The notes below the pieces were generated by a model. It had not been told where the DNA came from and ran no database searches. It was given only the letters and a program-made list of their open reading frames with translations. A DNA stretch of 26,535 nt from Candidatus Woesearchaeota archaeon. Its GTDB lineage: Archaea; Nanobdellota; Nanobdellia; Pacearchaeales; GW2011-AR1. Below are positions 14,765-22,732 of this stretch, one piece after another (positions within the stretch are counted from its first letter, which is position 1; the number at the start of each line of letters is the position of its first letter). The stretch covers positions 2,423 through 28,957 of the forward strand of contig CAYYIN010000001.1 in NCBI GenBank assembly GCA_964472025.1, read 5' to 3'. Position numbers and translations under genes: made by a program.

Positions 14765-14953
14765 TTATAGATCTCTTGGAAATAAAGTTTTTCTTTGATT
14801 TGCCTTTGCCCGATTAATTGCCTTTTCTAAAATTTCTTTAACCTTTTCTTCAAGAGCATCACTAACTTCAGAAGAAATATTATTTATCATAGAATCTTTA
14901 TCAATTTCTTTTATTATATCCTTTATTTTTGATTTTATAATTATTTTTGTCAT
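14765..14953 (-). CDS. Short histone-fold protein (62 aa) with truncated alpha-3 helix
   Basis: ISSEVSDALEEKVKEILEKAINRAKANQRKTLFPRDL: long alpha-2 helix followed by the RxTxxxxD histone motif, ending one residue after the Asp. Confidence 0.85.
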   Translation of the reverse strand: MTKIIIKSKIKDIIKEIDKDSMINNISSEVSDALEEKVKEILEKAINRAKANQRKTLFPRDL

Positions 14954-15017
14954 TTTTTTTTGGATTTATTTCTTTGACTGTTTATTTTCTTTTTTGTTTT
15001 ATTATTTTTTACTTATT

Positions 15018-16538
15018 TTATTGTTTAGTTTCCGAAATTTTTTTATTTGTTCTTTTTTTAGAAACTTCTTTAGACCTCATAAAAGGGAATAAAATAACAT
15101 CCCTTATTGAAGATTGATTTGTGATTATCATGACCAGCCTATCCATTCCCATTCCAACACCAGATGTTGGGGGCATGCCTATCTTTAACATATTAAGGAA
15201 ATCTTCATCCATTTTTTGAGCTTCTACGTCTCCTTTTTTTAGAGCACTTTCTTGCTGTTTCCATTTTTCCTTTAATATTTCAGGATCATTTTCTTCGCAA
15301 TAAGATAAGGCTATTTCCCATCCATTAATTATAACTTCAAAAGATTTTATTTTGTTTTTATCTTCTCCAGATTTTGCTAATATAGCAGCTTCTTGAGGGT
15401 AGTCATAAACTAATGTTGGTTGAATAAGTTTAGGTTGAACAATCTCTTCGAAAATATTCAACATAACATTTCCGATCGTGCTGCATTTATTAACTTCAAC
15501 ATCAAGTTTTTCAGCAGCTTTTTTAGCTTCTTGCAAATTTTTTATTTTAGATATTTCTATCTTAGCATATATTTTAACAGCATCTGAAAATTTTATTTTT
15601 TTCCAAGGAGCTTTAAACTCCAGTTCATTATTTCCAACTTTGATTTTAGTTTTTTTATGAACCTTCTTAACTACAAATTCAATTAGTTCTGGCCAAAGTT
15701 TCATATTATCTTCATAATCTGCATAAGCCCACATAGTTTCTACTTGGGTAAATTCTGGATTGTGTAGTTTATCTATGCCCTCATTTCTAAAATCCGGGGA
15801 AAACTCAAAGACTTTTTCATAGCCTCCACCAATCAATCTCTTTAAATACATTTCATTTGAAATTCTCATATAAATTTTCATATTTAAAGCATTTAATTCA
15901 GATTCAAAGGGGCAAGCATTTGTTCCACCGTAGATTGGTTGTAAGATTGGAGTTTGTACTTCAATAAATCCTTTATTTTTTAGAAATTCTCTTATTGCAT
16001 CAAAAATTTCCTGTCTTTTCATAAAAACTTCTTTAACTTTGGGATTCATAATTAAATCTAAATATCTCTTTCTATATCTTTCTTCTTTATCTTGGATTCC
16101 ATGGAATTTTTCAGGCAAGGGTAAAAGGGATTTGCTAAGCAATTCAATATTTTTTATTAATACAGAAATTTCTCCTGTTTTTGTTTTCATAACATTTCCT
16201 TCACATCCAATAATATCCCCAGAATCTATATATTTTTTAAATAAATCAAAACTTTTTGATTTTGTTTGATCTTTCTGTAAAATTATTTGAATTTTCCCTT
16301 GATTATCTTGCAAGTTTGCAAATATTAACTTTCCAAGATTTCTTTTAGTCATAACTCTCCCAGCAATTTTTACAATGATTGAATTTTTTTCATTGTTTTT
16401 TAATTGAGAATATTTATTTTTTATTTCTTCAGAATAATTTTTAACATTAAATTTATTAGGGTAGGGATTTATTCCTTGGTTTCTTAATTCCTGCAATTTT
16501 TTATTTCTTTGATTTATTATTTGTTCTTGTCTTCCCAT
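15018..16538 (-). CDS. lysS: Lysyl-tRNA synthetase, class II (divergent amino-acid pocket)
   Basis: OB-fold anticodon domain (IAGRVMTKR..GKLIFA), EERYRKRYLDL, motif 2 FRNEGIDKLHNPEFT, motif 3 GMPPTSGVGMGMDRL...IRDVILFP. Confidence 0.95.
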   Translation of the reverse strand: MGRQEQIINQRNKKLQELRNQGINPYPNKFNVKNYSEEIKNKYSQLKNNEKNSIIVKIAGRVMTKRNLGKLIFANLQDNQGKIQIILQKDQTKSKSFDLFKKYIDSGDIIGCEGNVMKTKTGEISVLIKNIELLSKSLLPLPEKFHGIQDKEERYRKRYLDLIMNPKVKEVFMKRQEIFDAIREFLKNKGFIEVQTPILQPIYGGTNACPFESELNALNMKIYMRISNEMYLKRLIGGGYEKVFEFSPDFRNEGIDKLHNPEFTQVETMWAYADYEDNMKLWPELIEFVVKKVHKKTKIKVGNNELEFKAPWKKIKFSDAVKIYAKIEISKIKNLQEAKKAAEKLDVEVNKCSTIGNVMLNIFEEIVQPKLIQPTLVYDYPQEAAILAKSGEDKNKIKSFEVIINGWEIALSYCEENDPEILKEKWKQQESALKKGDVEAQKMDEDFLNMLKIGMPPTSGVGMGMDRLVMIITNQSSIRDVILFPFMRSKEVSKKRTNKKISETKQ

Positions 16539-16570
16539 TTTAATCTTTTATAGTAAATTACTTTGAATTT

Positions 16571-16843
16571 TTATAAACTTAATATCTTAAATTCACTAAA
16601 TCCCTGATGTTTAATCTCTTTGATTTCGATTTTTTTTATCTCTGAATGTGCCGGGCCTTTTTCACAGATTTTTAGCATATCATTAATTTTTTCATCCCTT
16701 CCTTCTATGATTAATTCTAATTCTCCACTGGATAAATTCCTTACATAACCCTTTATTTTTAATTTTTCTGCGTTTTCTTTAATAAAAGATCTAAAAAAAA
16801 TTCCTTGGACAATTCCAGAAAAATGTATCTTTAATGTTTTCAT
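16571..16843 (-). CDS. acyP: Acylphosphatase
   Basis: SGIVQGIFFR and GYVRNLSSG signature motifs; 90 aa. Confidence 0.93.
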   Translation of the reverse strand: MKTLKIHFSGIVQGIFFRSFIKENAEKLKIKGYVRNLSSGELELIIEGRDEKINDMLKICEKGPAHSEIKKIEIKEIKHQGFSEFKILSL

Positions 16844-16888
16844 TTCATATTTTAAATAAGATCTTGTTTATAATTTTATCTATTTATT

Positions 16889-17476
16889 TTAATAAATTTC
16901 TCGTAAATCTAATTCATTATTTATAATAGTCATTGTTTGAGATGCAAAATAAATCTTTTTTCCTATAGATATTCTTTCCTTGAGATTTTTAATTTCTTTT
17001 TTAGGAATACCCAAATCATCGCCTAAAATAAAAACACAATTTTCTAATTTTTGAGAATTTATCTTTCTAATATTCTCACCCTTAGAGTCTAAAGCATAGA
17101 TTTTTCTTCCTTCTGTTATTAATTCTTTTATCAGGTAAGAAAAACTTTTTTTTTCTATGAAACATCCTGGGAAAATTTTAGTTCTTTTATCTTTTTTATG
17201 TTTATATAGCATTCTTTTAATTAATCCCCCAATATCTTTTTTACTAATTGGCGGTTTTTCTTTTGAAGAATCTTCTGAAATAATTTCTAAATGCATTGGG
17301 GGATTTGGAGGGCCATTAAAGATTAGATGTAGATGAATTGTATCCCTCATTTTATTTGAAATAAAAAAAGTAGAGATAATAGTATTACAAACAATGTCCA
17401 TTCTTCCAGCTTTCATTAAATCTTTCCAATTGCCAGAAGTTCTAGCCCTTGTGGAATAATAAATAAATGTTCTCAT
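16889..17476 (-). CDS. trmY: tRNA (pseudouridine54-N1)-methyltransferase, SPOUT family
   Basis: GRMDIVCNTI...FFISNKMR, NGPPNPP, FILGDDLGI and SQTMTIINNELD match the TrmY pattern. Confidence 0.85.
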   Translation of the reverse strand: MRTFIYYSTRARTSGNWKDLMKAGRMDIVCNTIISTFFISNKMRDTIHLHLIFNGPPNPPMHLEIISEDSSKEKPPISKKDIGGLIKRMLYKHKKDKRTKIFPGCFIEKKSFSYLIKELITEGRKIYALDSKGENIRKINSQKLENCVFILGDDLGIPKKEIKNLKERISIGKKIYFASQTMTIINNELDLREIY

Positions 17477-17517
17477 AGTTGTTTAAGGTTTTTTCCTTTT
17501 AAAAAATTTATTAAATA

Positions 17518-18453
17518 CTAATTCAAAATAAATTTGGGTTTCGCAATAATCTTTTTGTTATTTAAAGGAGTTTCTTTTTGGAATTCATAAATCCCCAAGA
17601 GTTTATTTTTATAAAATACAGAGATTAGGGTTAATTTTTTTAATCTTTTAAAATTTAAAAAAGATTTTTTGATATCTTTTTTGATTAGTGGCCCCCCATT
17701 TAGTAAGGATTTAATAGCTCTTTTTTTTATTTTAATCTTCAGAGTAATCTTTTTTATTATCTCTCCAGGAAGCAATATTTTTCTTAATTCTTTCTCATTT
17801 CCTAATTTATATTCTTTAAAAGCATTTTCAATATCTTTTATTTCATGAGTTTTTTTTTCTTTAAAGATTCCTGCCGAAATTCTTTTTAATTTAATCATAT
17901 GCGCTCCACCAATTTTTTCACCTAAATCATGGATTAATTTTCTAATATAGGTTCCTGCCTCCACATTAGCATAGAAAGAAAATTTTTTTGGATTTTTTTC
18001 AATTTTCTTTTTAAAATTTTCATACAAATTTTTTGCATTTGTCTTTGAAATTATTTTAAATTTATTTATTCTTCTTTGTCTTAGAACTCTTTTTACTCTT
18101 GAATGAACTGGGGGTTTTTGCATAATATTCCCAAGAAATCCCTTCATTTGTTTTTTTAAATTTTTTTCAGAAATTTGTTTATGGCAATACATTTCTCCGA
18201 TATATTCTTTATCTTTGTGCATGAAAAAATTTGATAATCTACATGCACGATTAATAGCAATGGGCAATACTCCAGTTACTTGAGGATCTAATGTTCCAAA
18301 ATGCCCGGTTTTTTTCGCATTTAAAATTCTTCTAATTTTATCACAAACATCAAAACTAGTCATTCCAGCAGGTTTATTCACATTAATAATACAAAATTCT
18401 AATAATTCTTTAATTGGTCTTTTCTGTTTTTTAATTTTCAAAATGTTAATCAT
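17518..18453 (-). CDS. cbf5: Pseudouridine synthase Cbf5/TruB family with degenerate PUA domain
   Basis: INVNKPAGMTS, GHFGTLDPQVTGVLP (catalytic Asp), QKPPVHSRVKRVLR, GTYIRKLIHDLG and LKRISAG. Confidence 0.92.
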   Translation of the reverse strand: MINILKIKKQKRPIKELLEFCIINVNKPAGMTSFDVCDKIRRILNAKKTGHFGTLDPQVTGVLPIAINRACRLSNFFMHKDKEYIGEMYCHKQISEKNLKKQMKGFLGNIMQKPPVHSRVKRVLRQRRINKFKIISKTNAKNLYENFKKKIEKNPKKFSFYANVEAGTYIRKLIHDLGEKIGGAHMIKLKRISAGIFKEKKTHEIKDIENAFKEYKLGNEKELRKILLPGEIIKKITLKIKIKKRAIKSLLNGGPLIKKDIKKSFLNFKRLKKLTLISVFYKNKLLGIYEFQKETPLNNKKIIAKPKFILN

Positions 18454-18599
18454 TATATGTACAATTCAATATTGTAATTTAATAATAAATTTATAGGTTT
18501 CCTAATTTTAAATGTATGTTCTTTAAATATATTTTAAAGATTTCTCCCCTGATTTTTCTATTAATGGGAGTTTAAGAAATTAAAAATAAAATTTGAAGT

Positions 18600-19829
18600 T
18601 TAAATTCGAAATCTATTCAAATTATTTATAGTAATCAGGTCGGCTTTTTTATCCTGAAGATATTTTTCTTCTTTTTCATTTAAATCTAATTCTTTTTGCA
18701 TCTTTTGATCTAAAATTAAAGGCAATAAATTACTATTTTTCATAGCCTTTTTCTTAGACATATGGCAAAAACTAGCGTATTTTATAATTAATGATTTCTT
18801 TTTCGCATTTCTTTGATTTGCTAGCCAAATTTTTAAAATTCTTGAAGGTCTTTTATATTTAATAAAACTGTTTGATTTTAATTTTGTTGCAGCAGAAATT
18901 CCTGCAGAAAGAAAAAAATTTTGATAAATTAAAAATCTCCAATATTGTTGCCTATAAATTCTCCCCCTAAATAAATCCGCAGAGCTTAAACTAAATTGGG
19001 CCTTTGCTAATCCAACTCCATGATAGGCCTGGGGAATATTTTCTTCAACCCAGAGCAATATTTCATTTAAATCCATTTTAATATTGGCATAAACTTGTAC
19101 AATATCTTTTTCAATATTTTCTTGAAATACTTTTCTTAATGCATTAAAAATCGGCTCTTGTTTTTCTCTTTCAACTTCATTAGAGACATAAAAGTCTTCA
19201 CCTAATCCAAAGACAGTTTGTAAATCATTTAATGCTGCCCTCACATCTCCACGAGATTTTTTCGCAATTAATATTTTCACTTTTTGGTTTATTTTTTTAT
19301 TTTCTTTCTCTAAAATATTATCTATAATCTTTAAAATTATTTCTGATTTTACTTCCTTGACATTAATTAATTGGCATTTTTTTCTAAGTAGATTAAATTT
19401 TCTTTGCCAAATATCATTTGCAGTAATTATTATTGGGAATTGTGTTTTATCTATTAAAATTAGAAGTTCTGATAGCCCTCCGCGATCACTTGCAGTTATT
19501 CCATCAGCTTCGTCGATTAAAATTAATTTTCCTTTTTTAAATAAAGATTGTTGTTGTAGTGAAGGTCTTAAAATTTCTTCTAATTTAGCCCTGTTTCTTA
19601 AATCAGAGGCATTTAATTCAAATAATTCTAAATCATGTTCTTTTGCAAGTGATAATGCCAAAGAAGTTTTTCCAGTTCCAACAGACCCATTTAAAATTAA
19701 GGCCTTTATTTTTGGGAATATCTTATAAAATGTTTTGATCTCTTGTATAACTAAGTCTTGTCCTTGAATCTCTGAAAAAGATTTTGCGCGATATTTCTCT
19801 ACTAGTGGCAAGGAGTTTTTTAAAGTCAT
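18600..19829 (-). CDS. rfcL: Replication factor C large subunit
   Basis: VEKYRAK, Walker A GSVGTGKT, ELNASDLR, Walker B LIDEADG, GDVRAALND and WVEENIP. Confidence 0.95.
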   Translation of the reverse strand: MTLKNSLPLVEKYRAKSFSEIQGQDLVIQEIKTFYKIFPKIKALILNGSVGTGKTSLALSLAKEHDLELFELNASDLRNRAKLEEILRPSLQQQSLFKKGKLILIDEADGITASDRGGLSELLILIDKTQFPIIITANDIWQRKFNLLRKKCQLINVKEVKSEIILKIIDNILEKENKKINQKVKILIAKKSRGDVRAALNDLQTVFGLGEDFYVSNEVEREKQEPIFNALRKVFQENIEKDIVQVYANIKMDLNEILLWVEENIPQAYHGVGLAKAQFSLSSADLFRGRIYRQQYWRFLIYQNFFLSAGISAATKLKSNSFIKYKRPSRILKIWLANQRNAKKKSLIIKYASFCHMSKKKAMKNSNLLPLILDQKMQKELDLNEKEEKYLQDKKADLITINNLNRFRI

Positions 19830-19888
19830 TTTAATTAGATTTAATTTCTCAATATAGTTTTATGTTTATTTTAGTTTTTTGTAAGCAA

Positions 19889-20866
19889 CTATTTTATAAT
19901 TCCTTTTCCTGCTAAAACAAAACTTGCTAATAATGTTTCTAACTGAACAAATTCATCACTTCCTTCTACTAATCTAAATTCAATTTCTCCTGTTTTTTCA
20001 GTTAGTCTAACCTTAAGTTCATTATCTATTTGAAGATTCCAAATTTCTTTTTGAATTGATTTAATTATGTCTGTCCCAGAAATAGATTCTCTAAGCATTA
20101 TATGTAATAATTTTTCTTTGGCCTTTATAAAATCCCCAGATAAGGCATATTCTAATACTATTTTTATGTCTGCAGGTTTCGCACTTGAAACTAGGGTATT
20201 AATTAAATCAGTAGTTATAGACGGAGAAATAGATGCAGAAGCTTGCAATAAATTGATTACTCTTCTGCAATCCCCTTCGCAACCCTCAAATAATGCTTCT
20301 TCTACAAGACCTTCAATTTGTAATCTTTCTTTTTCTGCAATCTTTTTAATTATTATTCCAATATCTTTTTTTTCTAATAATTTAAATCTAAAAACCACGC
20401 ATCTGGATTGTATAGGATCAATAATCTTTGAAGAATAATTACAAGATAAAATAAATCTGCATGTTGCAGTAAATTTTTCCATAGTTCTTCTTAAGGCTTG
20501 CTGAGCTTCTTTTGTTAAAGCATCTGCCTCATCCAAAAAAATAATTTTAAATGGTGCGCTTCCAATTGCTTTAGTTCTAGCAAAATCTTTCACTTTTTTT
20601 CTTACTACATCAATTCCCCTTTCATCCGAAGCATTCAATTCAAGATAATTTTCTTTCCAATGAATCCCAAAAAGGTCTCTAACAGTAATTAAAGCTAAAG
20701 TAGATTTCCCAGTTCCTGCAGGTCCAGCAAATAATAAATGTGGAATATTAAGTGCCCTTGTTAAATTTTGAACCTTTTTTACAATATCGTCTTGCCCAAT
20801 TAATTCCTCAAATTTTTTAGGTCTATATTTCTCAGTCCAGATACTTGAAATTTCTTTATTTTCCAT
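19889..20866 (-). CDS. rfcS: Replication factor C small subunit (no intein)
   Basis: WTEKYRP, GPAGTGKST, ELNASDERGID, FLDEADAL, AQQALRRTME and IIDPIQSRC. Confidence 0.97.
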   Translation of the reverse strand: MENKEISSIWTEKYRPKKFEELIGQDDIVKKVQNLTRALNIPHLLFAGPAGTGKSTLALITVRDLFGIHWKENYLELNASDERGIDVVRKKVKDFARTKAIGSAPFKIIFLDEADALTKEAQQALRRTMEKFTATCRFILSCNYSSKIIDPIQSRCVVFRFKLLEKKDIGIIIKKIAEKERLQIEGLVEEALFEGCEGDCRRVINLLQASASISPSITTDLINTLVSSAKPADIKIVLEYALSGDFIKAKEKLLHIMLRESISGTDIIKSIQKEIWNLQIDNELKVRLTEKTGEIEFRLVEGSDEFVQLETLLASFVLAGKGIIK

Positions 20867-21276
20867 ATTATAAGAATCAAGATTAATATGAAAATTATCT
20901 TATAAGTATTATTATGTTTGATTATATTGTATGCTTTTATAAGGGGGTTTCAAAGAGGTTTTAAAGGGGTTTTTTAGAGAAAATATCTTAATTAAAGTTT
21001 TTAAAACTTGTGGACTTGTGGTTAAGGGTTTTCAAAGTAAATTTTTATATCTAATGTGCTTTTTTATATCTTCTATTGTTTGGGCATTTTTTAAGTGGAG
21101 CACCATTCAAGAAGGAAGGTTTAAGTAAGATATTAAAGAATGATTAGTTCTTCTAAATAATCAAGGATTTTATTTTAAAAGAATTATGAGGCTATTGATT
21201 AATTTATTCGTTAAGCCATTTAAGATTTTTAAAGAATATATAAATTTATAAATAGTATAAAATCTCCTTAGGAAAT

Positions 21277-21828
21277 ATGAATAAACAGCAAGTACCTTAT
21301 TTATGTGATACTTTTTTTTACTCTGAAAGTAGAGATATTCAAAAAATAATGGCAAAAGAATATATTTCTAAGAAATTAGGATATCCTGACAAGAATTCAG
21401 ATTTTGATAAAAGATTTGGGGTATTAAAATATTTTTTTAGAGGATCTAAAGTAAATAAAGCAATTAATAGTTTGGGCCTATGGTATTTAAAAAAACAAGG
21501 CTATGATGCTTTAATGTTAAATTTAATAGAAGACTCAACCAATAATCTAGCTAAAGGAATAATTGGATATGCGGCATTTCAAATACATAAGGATAAGTCC
21601 TTATATATTTTTTCAGTATATGTCTTTCCAAAATATCGTAGAAAGGGCTTATCTAGATATATGGTGGAGAAAGTATTAAAAGAAGCAAGAAAAAAAAAGA
21701 TAAAAAGAATGAGGATTGGTGGAGGAAATGATGAATCAGCAAACCATGTTCACCAAAATTTTGCAAAGAGGTCAGATGAATTAAGAATTTTACCACATAA
21801 AGGAAATTGGATAGAAATTTTATATTGA
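21277..21828 (+). CDS. GNAT-family N-acetyltransferase; true start may be the ATG at 21349
   Basis: Acetyl-CoA-binding motif A IFSVYVFPKYRRKGLSRYMV, followed by a motif B-like NDESANHV. Confidence 0.8.
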   Translation: MNKQQVPYLCDTFFYSESRDIQKIMAKEYISKKLGYPDKNSDFDKRFGVLKYFFRGSKVNKAINSLGLWYLKKQGYDALMLNLIEDSTNNLAKGIIGYAAFQIHKDKSLYIFSVYVFPKYRRKGLSRYMVEKVLKEARKKKIKRMRIGGGNDESANHVHQNFAKRSDELRILPHKGNWIEILY

Positions 21829-21861
21829 GATATTCTTTATAACTAAAATATCCAATACTCT

Positions 21862-21866
21862 AAAAA
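21862..21866 (-). terminator. Oligo-T tract directly after the tRNA-Thr 3' end
   Basis: Run of T on the minus strand immediately after the discriminator base, as in archaeal intrinsic terminators. Confidence 0.45.
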
Positions 21867-21939
21867 AGCCCAAACTGAGAATTGAACTCAGGACCTTATG
21901 CTTACCATGCATACGCTCTACCAACTGAGCTATTTGGGC
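21867..21939 (-). tRNA. tRNA-Thr (anticodon GGU), 73 nt, no intron, CCA not encoded
   Basis: Minus strand folds as a cloverleaf: GCCCAAA/TTTGGGC acceptor stem, GCTC/GAGC D arm, TATGC-ATGGTAA-GCATA anticodon arm, CTGAG-TTCAATT-CTCAG T arm, discriminator U. Confidence 0.97.
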
Positions 21940-21963
21940 ATGTTTAGTATATTTTATAGTAAT

Positions 21964-21971
21964 TATATAAA
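21964..21971 (-). promoter_or_regulatory. TATA box of tRNA-Thr (TTTATATA)
   Basis: Lies 25-32 nt upstream of tRNA position 1. Confidence 0.6.
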
Positions 21972-22058
21972 CATAATTTATTTTTAAGTTTTTTTAATTT
22001 ATTAGGACGTTATAAAAATAAATTTTTTTATCGAGAATTCAATTACAAAAGATTTTTA

Positions 22059-22166
22059 TTAAGACCTTCTTTGTCTTCTTTTTTTCTTAACTTTCTTTAA
22101 TCTTTTTCTTTGCCATTTCCAACGCATTTGGCGTTTTTTTTTCCATCTACGACTTGATCTTTTCAT
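22059..22166 (-). CDS. rpl41e: Ribosomal protein eL41 (L41e), 35 aa, absent from the supplied ORF track
   Basis: Hand translation gives MKRSSRRWKKKRQMRWKWQRKRLKKVKKKRRQRRS*, matching the archaeal eL41 pattern KRSSRRWKKK.xMRWKW. Lies downstream of rpoK on the same strand. Confidence 0.88.
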   Translation of the reverse strand: MKRSSRRWKKKRQMRWKWQRKRLKKVKKKRRQRRS

Positions 22167-22300
22167 ATTATTTCAAATTTTTAATTTAAAAAAATATTGG
22201 GAACTTAATTTATAAACCTTTATGTCAATTATATCAAAAATAAAGATCATATTTTAAATTTCTAATAAAATTTTGAGTTATAAAAGTGTTTTTTAAGGGT

Positions 22301-22708
22301 TCACTCAATTTCTTTTTGATCTGAATCTCCATCCAATTCTTCAGTATCATCTTCGGGAATTGTCTCTTCTATAATTTCTTCTTTTTCCTCTTCTTCTGAT
22401 GATTTTAAAGATTTTTCTTCTTCTTCCTTTTTTTTATTTTCTTCAATTTTCTTTTTTAATTCTTCTTCTGAGAGTTTTTCAATAGTCTGTTTTGTTTTGG
22501 CAGGAAAAGGCCTTTTTACAGTTATTGGAAGCACTCCTTGAAGCAATTCTTTTTCTGCAATTTTTAATGTATCATAATTTAATTCATTTTCTTCTTCTTT
22601 ACTTAATTTCAGCAAAATAGGCGCATCCATTGCTAACTGTAAACTTCTTGCTCCAAGAATTCTTGCAATCTCATATTTTGTAAATTTTTTTTCTAATTTT
22701 TCTATCAT
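22301..22708 (-). CDS. rpoK: DNA-directed RNA polymerase subunit K (Rpo6) with an acidic C-terminal extension
   Basis: FTKYEIARILGARSLQLAMDAP and IAEKEL..GVLPITVKRP; the last ~60 aa are Glu/Asp/Lys-rich. Confidence 0.95.
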   Translation of the reverse strand: MIEKLEKKFTKYEIARILGARSLQLAMDAPILLKLSKEEENELNYDTLKIAEKELLQGVLPITVKRPFPAKTKQTIEKLSEEELKKKIEENKKKEEEEKSLKSSEEEEKEEIIEETIPEDDTEELDGDSDQKEIE

Positions 22709-22732
22709 TTTAAATTTAAAAATTAAATGTTT

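Noticed and set aside
18494-18570. Short inverted repeats between cbf5 and rfcL (TAGG-TTT-CCTA, TCTTTAAA-N5-TTTAAAGA, CTCCC-N17-GGGAG)
   Set aside because: Too short or too AT-rich to exceed chance expectation.
13535-20438. Plus-strand ORFs 13535-13720, 14470-14739, 15478-15660, 16039-16269, 19357-19728 and 20067-20438
   Set aside because: Antisense shadows of the LTD gene, hjc, lysS, rfcL and rfcS.
18600-20866. Inteins in the RFC subunits
   Set aside because: Both ORFs are of normal length with contiguous Walker A, Walker B and SRC motifs.
21079-21087. TTTGGGCAT also found at the tRNA-Thr edge (21933-21941), a possible att site for a GNAT islet
   Set aside because: Only 9 nt, and the direct match is to the tRNA 5' end rather than the 3' end normally duplicated on integration.
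20943-21128. Stop-free plus-strand frame of about 60 codons in the rfcS-GNAT gap
   Set aside because: No start codon near its beginning and no motif; compatible with chance in T/G-rich DNA.
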